This document shows, one piece after another, positions 42,601-50,946 of a stretch of DNA of 64,000 bases; position 1 is the stretch's first letter, and every line of letters begins with the position of its first letter. Under the pieces are notes generated by a model, which did not search any database, was not told the DNA's origin, and saw nothing but the letters and a program-made list of their open reading frames with translations. The DNA is from Lytechinus pictus (lineage: Eukaryota): positions 28,460,001-28,524,000 of the forward strand of contig NC_087251.1 of NCBI RefSeq assembly GCF_037042905.1, in the 5' to 3' direction. The position numbers were made by a program, and so were the translations under genes.

Positions 42601-45600
42601 GAAGGAACCATTTGTGGTCAAGAATCCCAGCACTGGGGAAACTTTCAGGGCTCTCCCTGCAGAAAGCCTCCAAGACCTTCATGAAAATCCATCTCTGTAT
42701 GCCATTGACTCACAAGATGTTCCAAAGGTGAAAGTTTTTGATCCTTCAACTGGCTGCGCATCTGTAGGATTTGGATCAAGGGCACCAGAAGTTAGAACCT
42801 TGTCACCATTATCAGAATTGAATGAAACTCAACCAGTTTCACAGCTTTTGACTAATAAGGGACCAGCGTATGTAATGCATCCATTTGCTGGGGAAGGTTC
42901 AGGTGTGCAAAGTGTCTTATCTAGAGGGAGGATACCTGAACCAGAGAGCACAGATTACACTATTGTTAATGAAGCAAGACCAGCTAATCCGGCTGTTGTG
43001 ACAGGCTCAAGAATGTCAAGTAACATCAAGCCGATAATGATTCTAGATGAAGCCTCAGGGCAGAAATTTGTTGCAGAACCTGCTACTAATGTTAGTGATC
43101 TGATGAGCAAGCCCACACTTTACTGGCCTGAGACGACAGATGTATACAAACCAATGCTGATATTCCATCCTGAGACTAGAACAGAAATAGTTGCACTTCC
43201 GACATCTTGCCCAAGTGAACTTGACAAAAATCAAAATTTTGAAAGTACTAACCTACCCATTACAGGGTCTGCTGTTGAACGAGATGGAGACCAGTCTTCT
43301 AGGGATATACCAAGTGTTATTACCTTGAAAGGTAATAACCAGACTGATAGCCAGACTGATCCAAACAGTCTCTCTGATATATTCCAGAAACCAACTATTT
43401 CACCATCAGAAAGGTTAAATAAACCTGAACGGATAGAAGAAGATTATAACAGGACACCCAACATCGGAAAGGACGCGCCTCATCATATGGGACTACACAG
43501 TTCTGTGACAACATGTGAAATGGATAGCATGTCAGATGACAGTGATGTTGATGAGGAATTTGATGGTCTTGTTCCTCAACTATCAAAGATAAACACGCTC
43601 CCAGGGAAAGTCAGGCATCAGCTAGTCACTGATATTGGTCCAGCCTATACCCTTGTGCCTGAAGACAACTTAAAAAGTGGGAGAGATTGTAGTGGAGGAT
43701 CCTCCACTCCTGATGAGTACATATTAACAGCATCTTCAGACCCAGCAATTAAGCCATCAGTGATTGGTTCAAAACCATTTACACAAGAGGAAAAATGTAT
43801 TGTAAGGAATCCCAGCACGGGAGAAGCCTTCATGGCTGTCCCTGCAGAAAGCCTCCAAGATATTAATGAGAATCCATCTTTGTATGTGCTTGATTCACAA
43901 GATGGTCCGTCGGTGAAGGTCTATGATCCTTCAACTGGCTATGCGTCTACAGCATTTGCGACTACTTTACCAGAAGTGATTGTTACTCCGGAATCACCCC
44001 AGCTAGATAAAATTAGGCCAGTTCCACAGCTGATAACAAATAAAGGACCTGCCTATGTGCTGCAACCTCTCTCTGAAGATACTACAACTCCTCAAGATCT
44101 ATCATCTATTGGGAAGAAACCAGAACATGAGAATGCAGAGTACAAAATTGCAGATGAAGCAAGACCAGCAAATGCTGCTGTTGTGACAGGATCAAGAACT
44201 TCAGCTGGAATCAAGCCAATAGAGATTCTGGATGAAGTTTCAGGACAGAAATTTGTTGCAGAACCTGCCACTAATGTCAATGATCTGATGAGCAAACCCA
44301 CACTTTATCTGCCAGAGGCAGCTGATCTGTCTAAGCCAGTGGTGATTTTCCATCCTAAAGCAAGTACTGAAATAGTTGCATTTCCAACTACACCTCAACC
44401 AAGTGAATTTTCTAAACAACCATTATTTGAAAGCACGTTCCATCCCGATTCTGAGGGTGTTATGGCCCCACGAGATCAGTCTCTAGGTGATATTCCAAGT
44501 GCCATCACCTTGAAATCAATGAATGTTCCTGTTGCAGATCATCAATATAGCCAGCCTGATCCAAACAGTCAAATAACACAAGACATGACAGAACCCATCA
44601 CTCACCAAGTTGTCACTGATCATGGACCAGCATATACCCTGAGACCATTCCCTGAATTTGGGGGACCAGCAGCAGGTGATGATGATCCAGATGTAGATTT
44701 TGTCCTTGCCAGCCAAGGCCAATCGGAAGAGCCTCCTTTAGTGATCGGGGAACAGGAACTGGAATCCCCCATCCAGTCTTTGCATGTTAAAGATCCTGAA
44801 TCTGGTCAAGTTATGGTTGCAGAACCCATGACTGATGTCAATGACCTTACTGGCGTGATGGCCATTGTTGGTAGTGATGATGGTAACCCACAAATGACTA
44901 TCTATAATCCTGCAACAAAGCAGACTGGAGTGGCTGTGCCAGCAGAGCTATATCATCAACCTTCATCAAGAGGAGGTCCTTCCTCCCATGATGATTCAGG
45001 AGTAACTGTGGATAAATCAGTACCAAAGCCATCGACATCAGACCAACAATCTCCTACGCAAGCTGAAAGGGACCCTGCCAAGAGAATGGATGATTCTCCA
45101 AACAAACTCAGCAGTGGTGAATCCACTGATATAGCTTTACATGAAGAAGGTGAATCTGATCCCAAATCAGCAGTTTGTCCCTTGTTTTCACCCATTCCTA
45201 CTAAAATGAATGCATTGGAGTCACCTGCACAGCATAATGTAGCCCCTGAGGATTTGGCTCATGGAAAAGATGAACCTGGTAAACCTGCCTCCATTCAGAT
45301 TTTAACATCCCTCGGACCTGCATATGCCTTGACACCAGTCGAGGAGCTGGTTGAAGCTGGCAAAGTACATTCACCAAGTGACAGGGGACAGCCCAAGAAA
45401 AATGACAAGGCAGATGCTATGCCCTGTATCTTAGCAGATACAGAGCCTCTGAACAATCTTCCAATGGTTGTCGGATCAAGACCAGCACCAGAGGTGAAAA
45501 GTTTCCTCATTGAGGACCCTGTCTCTCAAAAGACATTCAAAGCAGAGCCAGTTCACAGCTTAGATGTTTTACACAATCAGCCAACTGTATTTGTTGTTGA

Positions 45601-48600
45601 TACAAGTAAACCTATTCAGATTCATTTCCCAGATTCATCATCAACAACGCCAAATAAAAACACCAATGGAGATAGGAAAGAGGGATCTCTTTCAGATATT
45701 TTCCAGATACCAACTGAGATTCCATTAGAGAGGTCACTTCAATCAGAAGAGGATATAAAGTTTTATGAAGATGAGTCTAGGGAAGGAGATGAAAGATCTC
45801 ATCAAAGACCTCATTCCACCTTACTGATGCAAAAGAGACACAGTTTATCTAGTGACGACAGTGATGCTAATGAGGAATGTCTTGTTCCTGATCCTCATTC
45901 ATCAAAGCGAAAGGTTGTTCCAGAAATTGTCAAGCATCAGCTCGTCACCGATTTAGGTCCAGCCTATATCCTAGTACCAGAAGACAGTGTTGGATATGGG
46001 GGAGATGGAGGTGGAGGATCCACTTCCCCAGATGAGTACATTCTAGCCACATCTTCGAATCCAGCCAACATGCCATCTGTTATTGGTTCACAGCCATTGT
46101 CACACAACCATCCATGCATTGTCAGGAATCCCACAACAGGAGAGACTTTCAAGGCTGTACCAGCAGAGAGCGTCAAAGATCTGAATGAAAATCCATCTCT
46201 GTATGCCATTGATTCCAAAGATATCCCTGCAGTGAAGGTGTTTGATCCCTCAACCGGTTGTGCATCTATTGGAGTTTCAGAAAGTGTACCAGAAATTGAG
46301 GAACTTGTGAGTGAATCAAGATTAAAACCAGATAAGACACCACTGACATTCAGTTTTCCAGCTACTGAGCCTGCAGTTGACAAGCGCACTAATCAGAATG
46401 ATCAGCAATATGACAGTAATAATGCTCCTCGTCAGTCTCCCGGTGTAAGCGGTGATAGATTATTTCCAGAGAAGAATAGACAAGAAGATGACTCCACTCA
46501 CTCTGATGATGATGTATTTGAGATTGACAAACCAGAACCCTTAGAGCCAAGTGATGAATCAAATTGGGATACTCATACTGCCACAGATGTACCATTTTTA
46601 CTTGGCTGGATGGAAAAGGAAAACAAGAAACCTATACCAGAATCTCAGCTGGATTCCGCATCAGTTACTGCAGGAACTCCTCGATCAGTGCCACCAGTAG
46701 AGCAAATCCTCACTGACAGAGGTGCTGCATATGTTTTGACTCCTGTATCAGAGTTAAATGATCATGGTGGTGCTGCTATTAGTGGATTAGGGGTGACTGG
46801 TGCAACTCCTGGTGCTGGAAGTTCAACTCTTGCCACATCGCCAGACTATATCATTGTAGAGGATACAGAATTGAAGAGATTACCAGTTTTAACGGGCACT
46901 CAGCAAACAAGAGATGTAGCTCCTTTTTTCGTCAGAGATCCAAAGACAGGTCAAGACCTAGCTGCTATTCCAGCCACAGAGCCAGATGACCTGCAAGGTC
47001 TTGTTGGATTTACAGATGATCCTAAGGATGATCCCTTGATGATACAAGATATGCAAACCGGGGAATCGATGATTGCACTTCCAGCATACCGGATCCCTGA
47101 TGAACTAGGACAGGCTCAGTCACTCCCACCCAGGGATTCAGGCTTTTACTCGGGACCAAGCAGTATGGCAGTTACTGATGCAACATTGAAGGATACTACT
47201 GATTCAGATGATAGTTCGGTAGATTCTCTTCCTCACCATTCCAAATCAGACATACCACATTCATCTGAATATGCTGAAGTGCCACTGAAGAATTTACCAA
47301 GCATAGAGGATGTTCCAGATGAACACTATCACACTGATTCCACTGACTTTTACACTCCTGATGGATCACCAGTTCCATGGCAGGCAAAACACAAATCAGC
47401 TCCACAAGATCTTGACCTTCAAGTCTCATTGCCAGATGAACGTAAATATGAACCCGTTGTTTCTGCTGCTGATCTCCTAGATCAAACACTGCAGATTCAA
47501 CCTGTTGTAGTTTTGCAGAAGGATTCATCACCCACTGAAGAGACTCCCGGTTTGATGGAAAAGGATAACCATCAAGGCACAACTAATAAAAGTCCTGCAG
47601 AAGCTAAAGACACATCTTCAAAAACAGTGAATGCTTCTGCAGATGATGAGCCAAAAACATTGTCACAGGATATGCCACTTCCTGTTATATGCCATGAGGG
47701 CTTGATGGGAGATGTGAAGGATCCTTCTGCACCAGATGGTAAAGCACAGAAGATAGACCAACTCAATCGCTCATGGGATGCTCTACAACATAAGGTAAAT
47801 TTGATTAAACTGCAAATTTAATATATGAATAAATTAAGTTAACTTTATAGCAAATATAAAATTGTAAGTTTGTGTAAAGGAAAACAAGACTTTGAACTAT
47901 TTTGGAAAGTTTACAGCACTATCATGCATTCTTTGGTTTTAAAAGTTTTGCCAGTAATATGATTGATATTACAGTATGTCAATGAACTTGTGACAGTTTT
48001 TGATACTTGCATTGAATGTTTGGTTTTCCATCAAAGTTTAGAATAAATATGCCATTAAGATTAAGTATTCTTTGACAATCCTTGGTGGAATGAGAATAAT
48101 GGATCATAGTTATAAAATGGTGATGGACCTTACTGAGGTATTATTGTGGGTTCAAAAGTTTTTGGTCTTACCAGCTGGTCAAATAGCAAATAAATTTCTG
48201 TAAAATTACTACTCAGATTGATAAATTTGCAATGATATTTGGCGCATTTGCAACCAAACTATGTTGGTAGGTTCTCTCAGTCACCACATTTTAATGTTTT
48301 TCAGGTTCAAAGAGCACCATGAAATCAATTTAGAATAAATTAACATTACTGAGAATAAGTGTTTGCAAAAGGCGATACACATTTTTTCTTTCCCATGTAT
48401 GTTTTATGTTATATAGATGGAGGAGAAGGAGCGTCTCCTGAAAGAGGCTTTAGCCAAGCAGGAGGATTACCAGAATGCCTTGTCTCAGATCAACATTCGA
48501 CTTGCTAACACGGAAGCTCATCTCAAAGAGATCAAAGACACTCCCATGGAGGCTCGTAACCTTGATGAACATATCCTAGAACTCAAGGTTGGCATATTTC

Positions 48601-50808
48601 ATTGGCTTTCATCTACTTGGTAAAAATCTATTTCCCAGACTTGGGGCATTTCATCAACATTTGGTGTTTGACTAGTAGTCAGACCTGACAACGTTCCCGA
48701 TTTTGATTGGCTTAGAAGCACAGGTGTCAACCTGTAACTATGGTTACTGTCGGATAAAACATACCTTGTTAGATAAAACATCTGACAAGAGCTGTCATGA
48801 AACACTCCCATTATCACCTTTCCTACCCTAACCTACTCAGTTCCCCATTACATAATCTGATAACTTTGCCAAGGTGATTTAATGGAATCCCTGTTTTTGA
48901 AGGCTGCTTTTATGTTACCACAGTTACTAAGTTATGATCATAGTAATATTATAGGCCTATACAATATTGCTCTATTTCATTATCAGTAGAACTCAATGCT
49001 GATGGTCCAACCATTACTATGACTAATTCGCACGAGCTTCCAGATTCCCCAAAATCTTATGACTGTGGTAAAAATGTCTGTAAAGCACTTTCAGGTGTTG
49101 TCCTTATGTAATAAGGTATATGTAAATGTGGAATTATCATCCATGTCATAAACTGGAGTTTGAATGCAGAATGTTGTTATGTTTTCATTGTAGAATCTGA
49201 TAAGCGAATGCAGTGATTTAGATGAGAATGTGAGCATGGTTGAAGAAAAAGCCACAAGGTTGAAGATTCCCCAGGACACAGTCCGAGAAACAATAGATGA
49301 TCTCAGGAATAGAGTGGATAAGATCAAGACTGATGCAAGTGCGCTTCTCAAGAAGTTACAGGTAGGAAGCCAAGACTCAATTTCATCCTACTCAAGTTTC
49401 ATCTGTTTTCTTCCTGAATAATGTGTAGCAAGGTTATATGCAATCACTCTCTGTTATATGTAGATGTTGTAGTAGTAGACTTTTGGGTCTAACTTCTTTA
49501 GCTTGGGGCTAGTCTGCCACAAAATCAGAAATCCAAGTAGATTTCTATGATGCTGAAGTAAATTTTTTTTTCTGAATATAATCATGTTCGAATTTTAGAT
49601 TATGATTATTTTGTTAGTCTTTTTCTTCCCTACAGCATTTATTTTTTTTGCAAACATCAATGTAGTTGAGGATTATTCTGATAAGAATAATTAACTCCTA
49701 TTTTCCTATTTTAAACATTATGTTTTCTAAGTTTGTTACTTTTCATTTACATTTGTTTTGTAGAAAGAGAAAGAAGATGAAATGCTTGTGAAGGTTAAAC
49801 TGGAGGTAAATCAGCAAGAATTGCAACATCTTGATGATTGGTTGACTGACTTCAACAAACAGCTTGAACCAGATGAAGAGTTAGAGAGTGGTGATGAGGA
49901 ATTAAGTGCTTCGGACATTCAGGAAAAACTCCTTCAAAATCATGTAAGAAATCTCTTAAGGTTTTTAAGTTTCTTGTCATTTTATCATCAGTTTGGAGTA
50001 TTCCACTTTTTTTTTCCATGGAACTCATTTTTCCAGGAAGGTCTTTTAAGCCTTTTCAATTTGGACATGTACTATACAATCCCTTATCATGATATTATAT
50101 ACTCTAACCACATTTTTCCTTGGGACCCAGTGAAAATCTTAGGTCATTTGGAATCCTGATTTATTAAGAAAAAAATAAATGGAATCATCAATCTGAACTG
50201 AGCCCTGTCTCACAAAGAACTGTGATAGATTCAATTCAGTCGTAAACTGAGATGATGGAAATTGTGTAGGGTAAGAGTTTTATATCAATTGCAATTAAGG
50301 TTTATTTATCACAAGACCATGTAAAACAGGGACCTGGAATTTTAAGCAGTTTCCTTTTGATTGACATTACGTAGCATAGAACCATTTCTCCACATCCTGT
50401 CTGGTTATCACTGACAGTTTCCTCTTTCTTCACATCCAGAATCACCAGTTGGAGTTGAGTCGCAAGCTCCAGAAACTGAACAACATTGAAGAGAGCATTG
50501 AGCAGACCCTGGATGCAGCCACCTGTCAGATACCGGTCCTGGCAGAGCACCTTGACACCACCGTACGGCACCTTCACAACCGCATGGATACCTGTAAGAG
50601 AAACCTGGCAGACCAGAGGGAACACCTTAAGATGCTGCTGAACACCGAGCGGCTGGCTCAGGAGTACCAGAGCGATGTGGCCAAGCTCCAGGATTGGCTG
50701 GAGCAGCATAGAGGCTTGATGTCAGCACCGGAGGGAGGAGTGACTAGCAAGTTGCCGCCTGTGGAAGTTGGAGCTGAGATGCTGCAGCAGCAGGCTGAAC
50801 TACAACAG
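527..50808 (+). CDS. SYNE1: Internal part of a giant spectrin-repeat protein gene, nesprin-1/MSP300-like (45 exons, 6,257 codons in window; both ends outside the window)
   Basis: Chain of AG/GT-bounded exons with matching phases encoding helical repeats of about 107-109 aa with conserved W (WL/WM) and a recurring T(S/T)xxGQxxI motif. The flanks of the giant exon resemble vertebrate nesprin-1 as I recall it. The symbol is an inferred orthology, not a search result. Confidence 0.8.
1321..1476 (+). CDS. exon 2 (CIQQDIQRH...EKDCQ)
   Basis: ttttcag / CAG|gtgagt; 156 nt, phase 0-0. Confidence 0.9.
2349..2513 (+). CDS. exon 3 (DCACKQSDM...IITFK)
   Basis: gaacag / AAG|gttctg; 165 nt, phase 0-0. Confidence 0.85.
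3598..3924 (+). CDS. exon 4 (DLQTEKAAC...LKKFK)
   Basis: gctttag / AAG|gtatca; 327 nt, one repeat long. Confidence 0.9.
4446..4601 (+). CDS. exon 5 (AVHDELADQ...LLKTK)
   Basis: tttttaag / AAG|gtaaga; 156 nt. Confidence 0.9.
5162..5314 (+). CDS. exon 6 (DAVKVSEHM...STQLK)
   Basis: ctaaag / AAG|gtaaat; 153 nt. Confidence 0.85.
5599..5781 (+). CDS. exon 7 (ELQKCESIG...LQDFQ)
   Basis: ttttacag / CAG|gtatga; 183 nt. Confidence 0.9.
6331..6471 (+). CDS. exon 8 (ACLALWDQA...VDHCK)
   Basis: atacag / AAG|gtgaga; 141 nt. Confidence 0.9.
7115..7267 (+). CDS. exon 9 (RIEGTVNEK...QQRCQ)
   Basis: aatcag / CAG|gtgaga; 153 nt. Confidence 0.85.
7882..8200 (+). CDS. exon 10 (DNVILAETR...SALND)
   Basis: tttttcag / ATG|gtgaga; 319 nt, phase 0-1. 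Confidence 0.9.
8564..8736 (+). CDS. exon 11 (DVKGVQTLL...MENDK)
   Basis: cttttag / AAG|gtaaat; 173 nt, phase 1-0. Confidence 0.9.
8753..9230. mobile_element. Non-autonomous TIR DNA transposon (PIF/Harbinger-like MITE), short copy
   Basis: 22-bp TIRs aggtggtttcaaaccgcctcga and tcgaggcggtctgaaaccacct (1 mismatch); same family as 23102-23946 in the opposite orientation. Confidence 0.85.
9646..9801 (+). CDS. exon 12 (KFLAEVRSK...LQNAQ)
   Basis: ctacag / CAG|gtcagt; 156 nt. Confidence 0.9.
10193..10357 (+). CDS. exon 13 (DVVKRSEED...LDALK)
   Basis: atatag / AAG|gtaggt; 165 nt. Confidence 0.9.
10769..11095 (+). CDS. exon 14 (PVLDSMNDV...LEKRK)
   Basis: ccttcag / AAG|gtttgt; 327 nt. Confidence 0.9.
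11749..11904 (+). CDS. exon 15 (ALEREIIAH...LKKAQ), absent from the ORF track
   Basis: atacag / CAG|gtaagg; 156 nt, open frame, helical content. Confidence 0.9.
12808..12981 (+). CDS. exon 16 (TTCSELASN...LAKQQ)
   Basis: ccttgcag / CAG|gttagc; 174 nt. Confidence 0.9.
14506..14805. mobile_element. MITE; degenerate relative at about 11980-12275
   Basis: 20-bp TIR tattctgaagtggggtttaa and ttaaacccgacttcagaata (1 mismatch); both copies share ccatggtct...ctaaaattatg and aaaccagagtt. Confidence 0.7.
15002..15158. mobile_element. Short MITE family (gggcc.gtttcat...atgaaac.g.cc); close relative at 36678-36860, looser relatives at about 48640-48810 and 61385-61507
   Basis: Inverted termini; tatggtaactttg shared between the 15002 and 36678 copies. 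Confidence 0.6.
15422..15775 (+). CDS. exon 17 (SLMRELATC...VEVLK)
   Basis: Weak acceptor catcag with a ctgactaat branch-like motif; AAG|gtgatt; 354 nt. Confidence 0.8.
17137..17274 (+). CDS. exon 18 (GILDTSLMH...QIIEQ)
   Basis: atgtag / CAG|gtaatt; 138 nt. Confidence 0.8.
17688..17864 (+). CDS. exon 19 (TESQLGQTE...LKNAN)
   Basis: accttag / AAT|gtaagt; 177 nt. Confidence 0.9.
18264..18449. mobile_element. Small TIR element (hAT-like ends) inserted in an older degenerate repeat
   Basis: Perfect 12-bp TIR caggggtgtgag / ctcacacccctg; flanks atagaa / atagat; internal tttcag repeats. Confidence 0.65.
18659..18955 (+). CDS. exon 20 (SFIDDIQTH...IETLE)
   Basis: cactag / GAG|gtgagt; 297 nt. Confidence 0.9.
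20601..20877 (+). repeat. 78-bp direct duplication (20601-20678 and 20800-20877)
   Basis: Copies identical except for one c/t difference. Confidence 0.9.
21350..22375 (+). CDS. Candidate alternative first coding exon: N-myristoylation motif MGSEQS followed by about 8 short internal repeats (342 aa)
   Basis: Over 1 kb of open frame inside an AT-rich intron; gctATGg context; ends at AGG|gttagt in phase 0, matching exon 21; repeat consensus NPGN..YTVKP.VD.HGRPSR.S. Confidence 0.7.
23102..23946. mobile_element. Longer copy of the same TIR element with a Myb/SANT-like (trihelix) coding remnant
   Basis: Same TIRs and subterminal sequence; internal MTSLWSEEATKALISMWRE at 23574-23630. Confidence 0.85.
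24378..24490 (+). CDS. exon 21 (RLSMPERRR...IRKQL)
   Basis: (CT)n tract then cctacag; ACA|gtgagt; 113 nt, phase 0-2. Confidence 0.9.
24557..24683 (+). mobile_element. SINE/L2-like 3' tail remnant
   Basis: gtaaagcactt...taagcactatag followed by a (TAT/CAT)n tail; similar tails near 2135-2230, 11480-11530 and 28110-28160. Confidence 0.4.
24995..25202 (+). CDS. exon 22 (HEIREEWLS...LQQIQ)
   Basis: ccacag / CAG|gtacat; 208 nt, phase 2-0. Confidence 0.9.
25591..25791 (+). CDS. exon 23 (DSSVELAGR...VNERK)
   Basis: aacgcag / AAG|gtaaga; 201 nt. Confidence 0.9.
25830..26250 (-). mobile_element. Degenerate SINE-like remnants; similar pieces at about 780-970 and 61930-62060
   Basis: Motifs such as tacccatttacc, tcttgctgaagga and ccaaaggacac resemble reverse-oriented tRNA-derived SINE cores; recognised from memory only. 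Confidence 0.4.
26290..26412 (+). CDS. exon 24 (EFWKYYSDC...VFEAK)
   Basis: gtgcag / AAG|gtaaga; 123 nt. Confidence 0.9.
27005..27125 (+). CDS. exon 25 (ALQDQVKSY...QQKVR)
   Basis: tttatag / GAG|gtaaga; 121 nt, phase 0-1. Confidence 0.9.
27665..27870 (+). CDS. exon 26 (DLEKTFQKA...ISQHK)
   Basis: cctcag / AAG|gtaata; 206 nt, phase 1-0. Confidence 0.9.
28323..28465 (+). CDS. exon 27 (NVNDSSVSQ...QALFN)
   Basis: ttccag / TAG|gtaaga; 143 nt, phase 0-2. Confidence 0.9.
28749..28935 (+). CDS. exon 28 (RTVDSTGEK...ISTCK)
   Basis: aaacag / AAG|gtaagc; 187 nt, phase 2-0. Confidence 0.9.
30030..30335 (+). CDS. exon 29 (DLQARLDNL...LHKCK)
   Basis: cttacag / AAG|gtattt; 306 nt. Confidence 0.9.
30795..31121 (+). 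CDS. exon 30 (IALEEIICL...FTRHQ)
   Basis: caccag / CAG|gtaaaa; 327 nt. Confidence 0.9.
31669..31992 (+). CDS. exon 31 (TNQPKMNHT...LHQHR)
   Basis: atacag / AGG|gtatgt; 324 nt. Confidence 0.88.
32445..32765 (+). CDS. exon 32 (QFFSREPVY...KQLNK)
   Basis: cttaaag / AAA|gtaaga; 321 nt. Confidence 0.88.
33141..33467 (+). CDS. exon 33 (EIENILQSQ...LASVK)
   Basis: ttttttag / AAG|gtatgt; 327 nt. Confidence 0.9.
33631..33779 (+). CDS. exon 34 (AAKEILDNA...LDRYH)
   Basis: cattcag / CAG|gtaaac; 149 nt, phase 0-2. Confidence 0.9.
34410..34596 (+). CDS. exon 35 (RLHDSATQL...IMTLE)
   Basis: ttgtcag / GAA|gtaaga; 187 nt, phase 2-0. Confidence 0.9.
34978..35286 (+). CDS. exon 36 (VVKSELQPK...KKEHE)
   Basis: acttcag / GAG|gtaatt; 309 nt. 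Confidence 0.9.
35666..35992 (+). CDS. exon 37 (DLKESLKSA...LQEHR)
   Basis: tgacag / AGG|gtcagt; 327 nt. Confidence 0.9.
36347..36655 (+). CDS. exon 38 (ALLEDVPYT...LENQK)
   Basis: acttag / AAG|gtattg; 309 nt. Confidence 0.9.
37254..37496 (+). CDS. exon 39 (EVLEKLESA...SLVQQ) with an acidic DGDEDEDDD loop; absent from the ORF track
   Basis: tgatag / CAG|gtcagt; 243 nt, open frame. Confidence 0.88.
37982..38104 (+). CDS. exon 40 (EAYEKQLEV...IAQHK); absent from the ORF track
   Basis: ccttttgcag / AAG|gtacat; 123 nt. Confidence 0.9.
38480..47794 (+). CDS. exon 41: giant 9,315-nt exon (3,105 aa) with spectrin helices at both ends and 13 copies of an unrecognised ~110-aa repeat between acidic S/P/D-rich linkers
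   Basis: tttgtttcag acceptor, AAG|gtaaat donor, phase 0-0; uninterrupted 3,116-codon ORF in the track. Confidence 0.92.
48417..48587 (+). CDS. exon 42 (MEEKERLLK...ILELK)
   Basis: atatag / AAG|gttggc; 171 nt. Confidence 0.9.
49194..49361 (+). CDS. exon 43 (NLISECSDL...LKKLQ)
   Basis: ttgtag / CAG|gtagga; 168 nt. Confidence 0.9.
49764..49943 (+). CDS. exon 44 (KEKEDEMLV...LLQNH)
   Basis: tttgtag / CAT|gtaaga; 180 nt. Confidence 0.9.
50440..50808 (+). CDS. exon 45 (NHQLELSRK...AELQQ), followed by an intron of over 13 kb running off the window
   Basis: catccag / CAG|gtgagt; 369 nt, phase 0-0. Confidence 0.9.
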
Positions 50809-50946
50809 GTGAGTCAGATTGTATTTCACCAACTGTTATTGTGGTATATTAATAAATGTTTTATCCACATCTTCCCAGTAAGCAGGATTTTGATGTGATA
50901 TTGCTTGGTGGAGGACCTGCTAAAACCTGTGGCTAAGAGTACTTAA

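Noticed and set aside
46555..46575. ESNWD as a kinesin-light-chain W-acidic motif
   Set aside because: It lacks the hydrophobic residue of the nesprin LEWD motif, which is expected further downstream; likely chance.
39101..47090. Calling the repeats plectin/plakin repeats because of the IxDPxTG motifs
   Set aside because: Plectin repeats are about 38-aa hairpin-plus-two-helix units in direct tandem. These units are about 110 aa, proline-rich and lack the helices.
38830..47766. Many minus-strand and off-frame ORFs over the giant exon and other exons
   Set aside because: They are short shadows of the coding strand with no independent splice or compositional support.
38471..47821. Treating the 3,116-aa ORF as a stand-alone gene, retroelement or viral insert
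   Set aside because: It has canonical splice sites in phase with its neighbours and spectrin helices at both ends. The track start is a TTG inside the acceptor, and there are no RT, integrase or transposase motifs.
527..50808. Dystrophin, spectrin or MACF1/dystonin identity
   Set aside because: No WW, EF-hand, SH3, GAR or plakin domains are visible. The TxxxGQxxI motif and the giant-exon flanks fit nesprin-1 better, though this is not excluded without BLAST.
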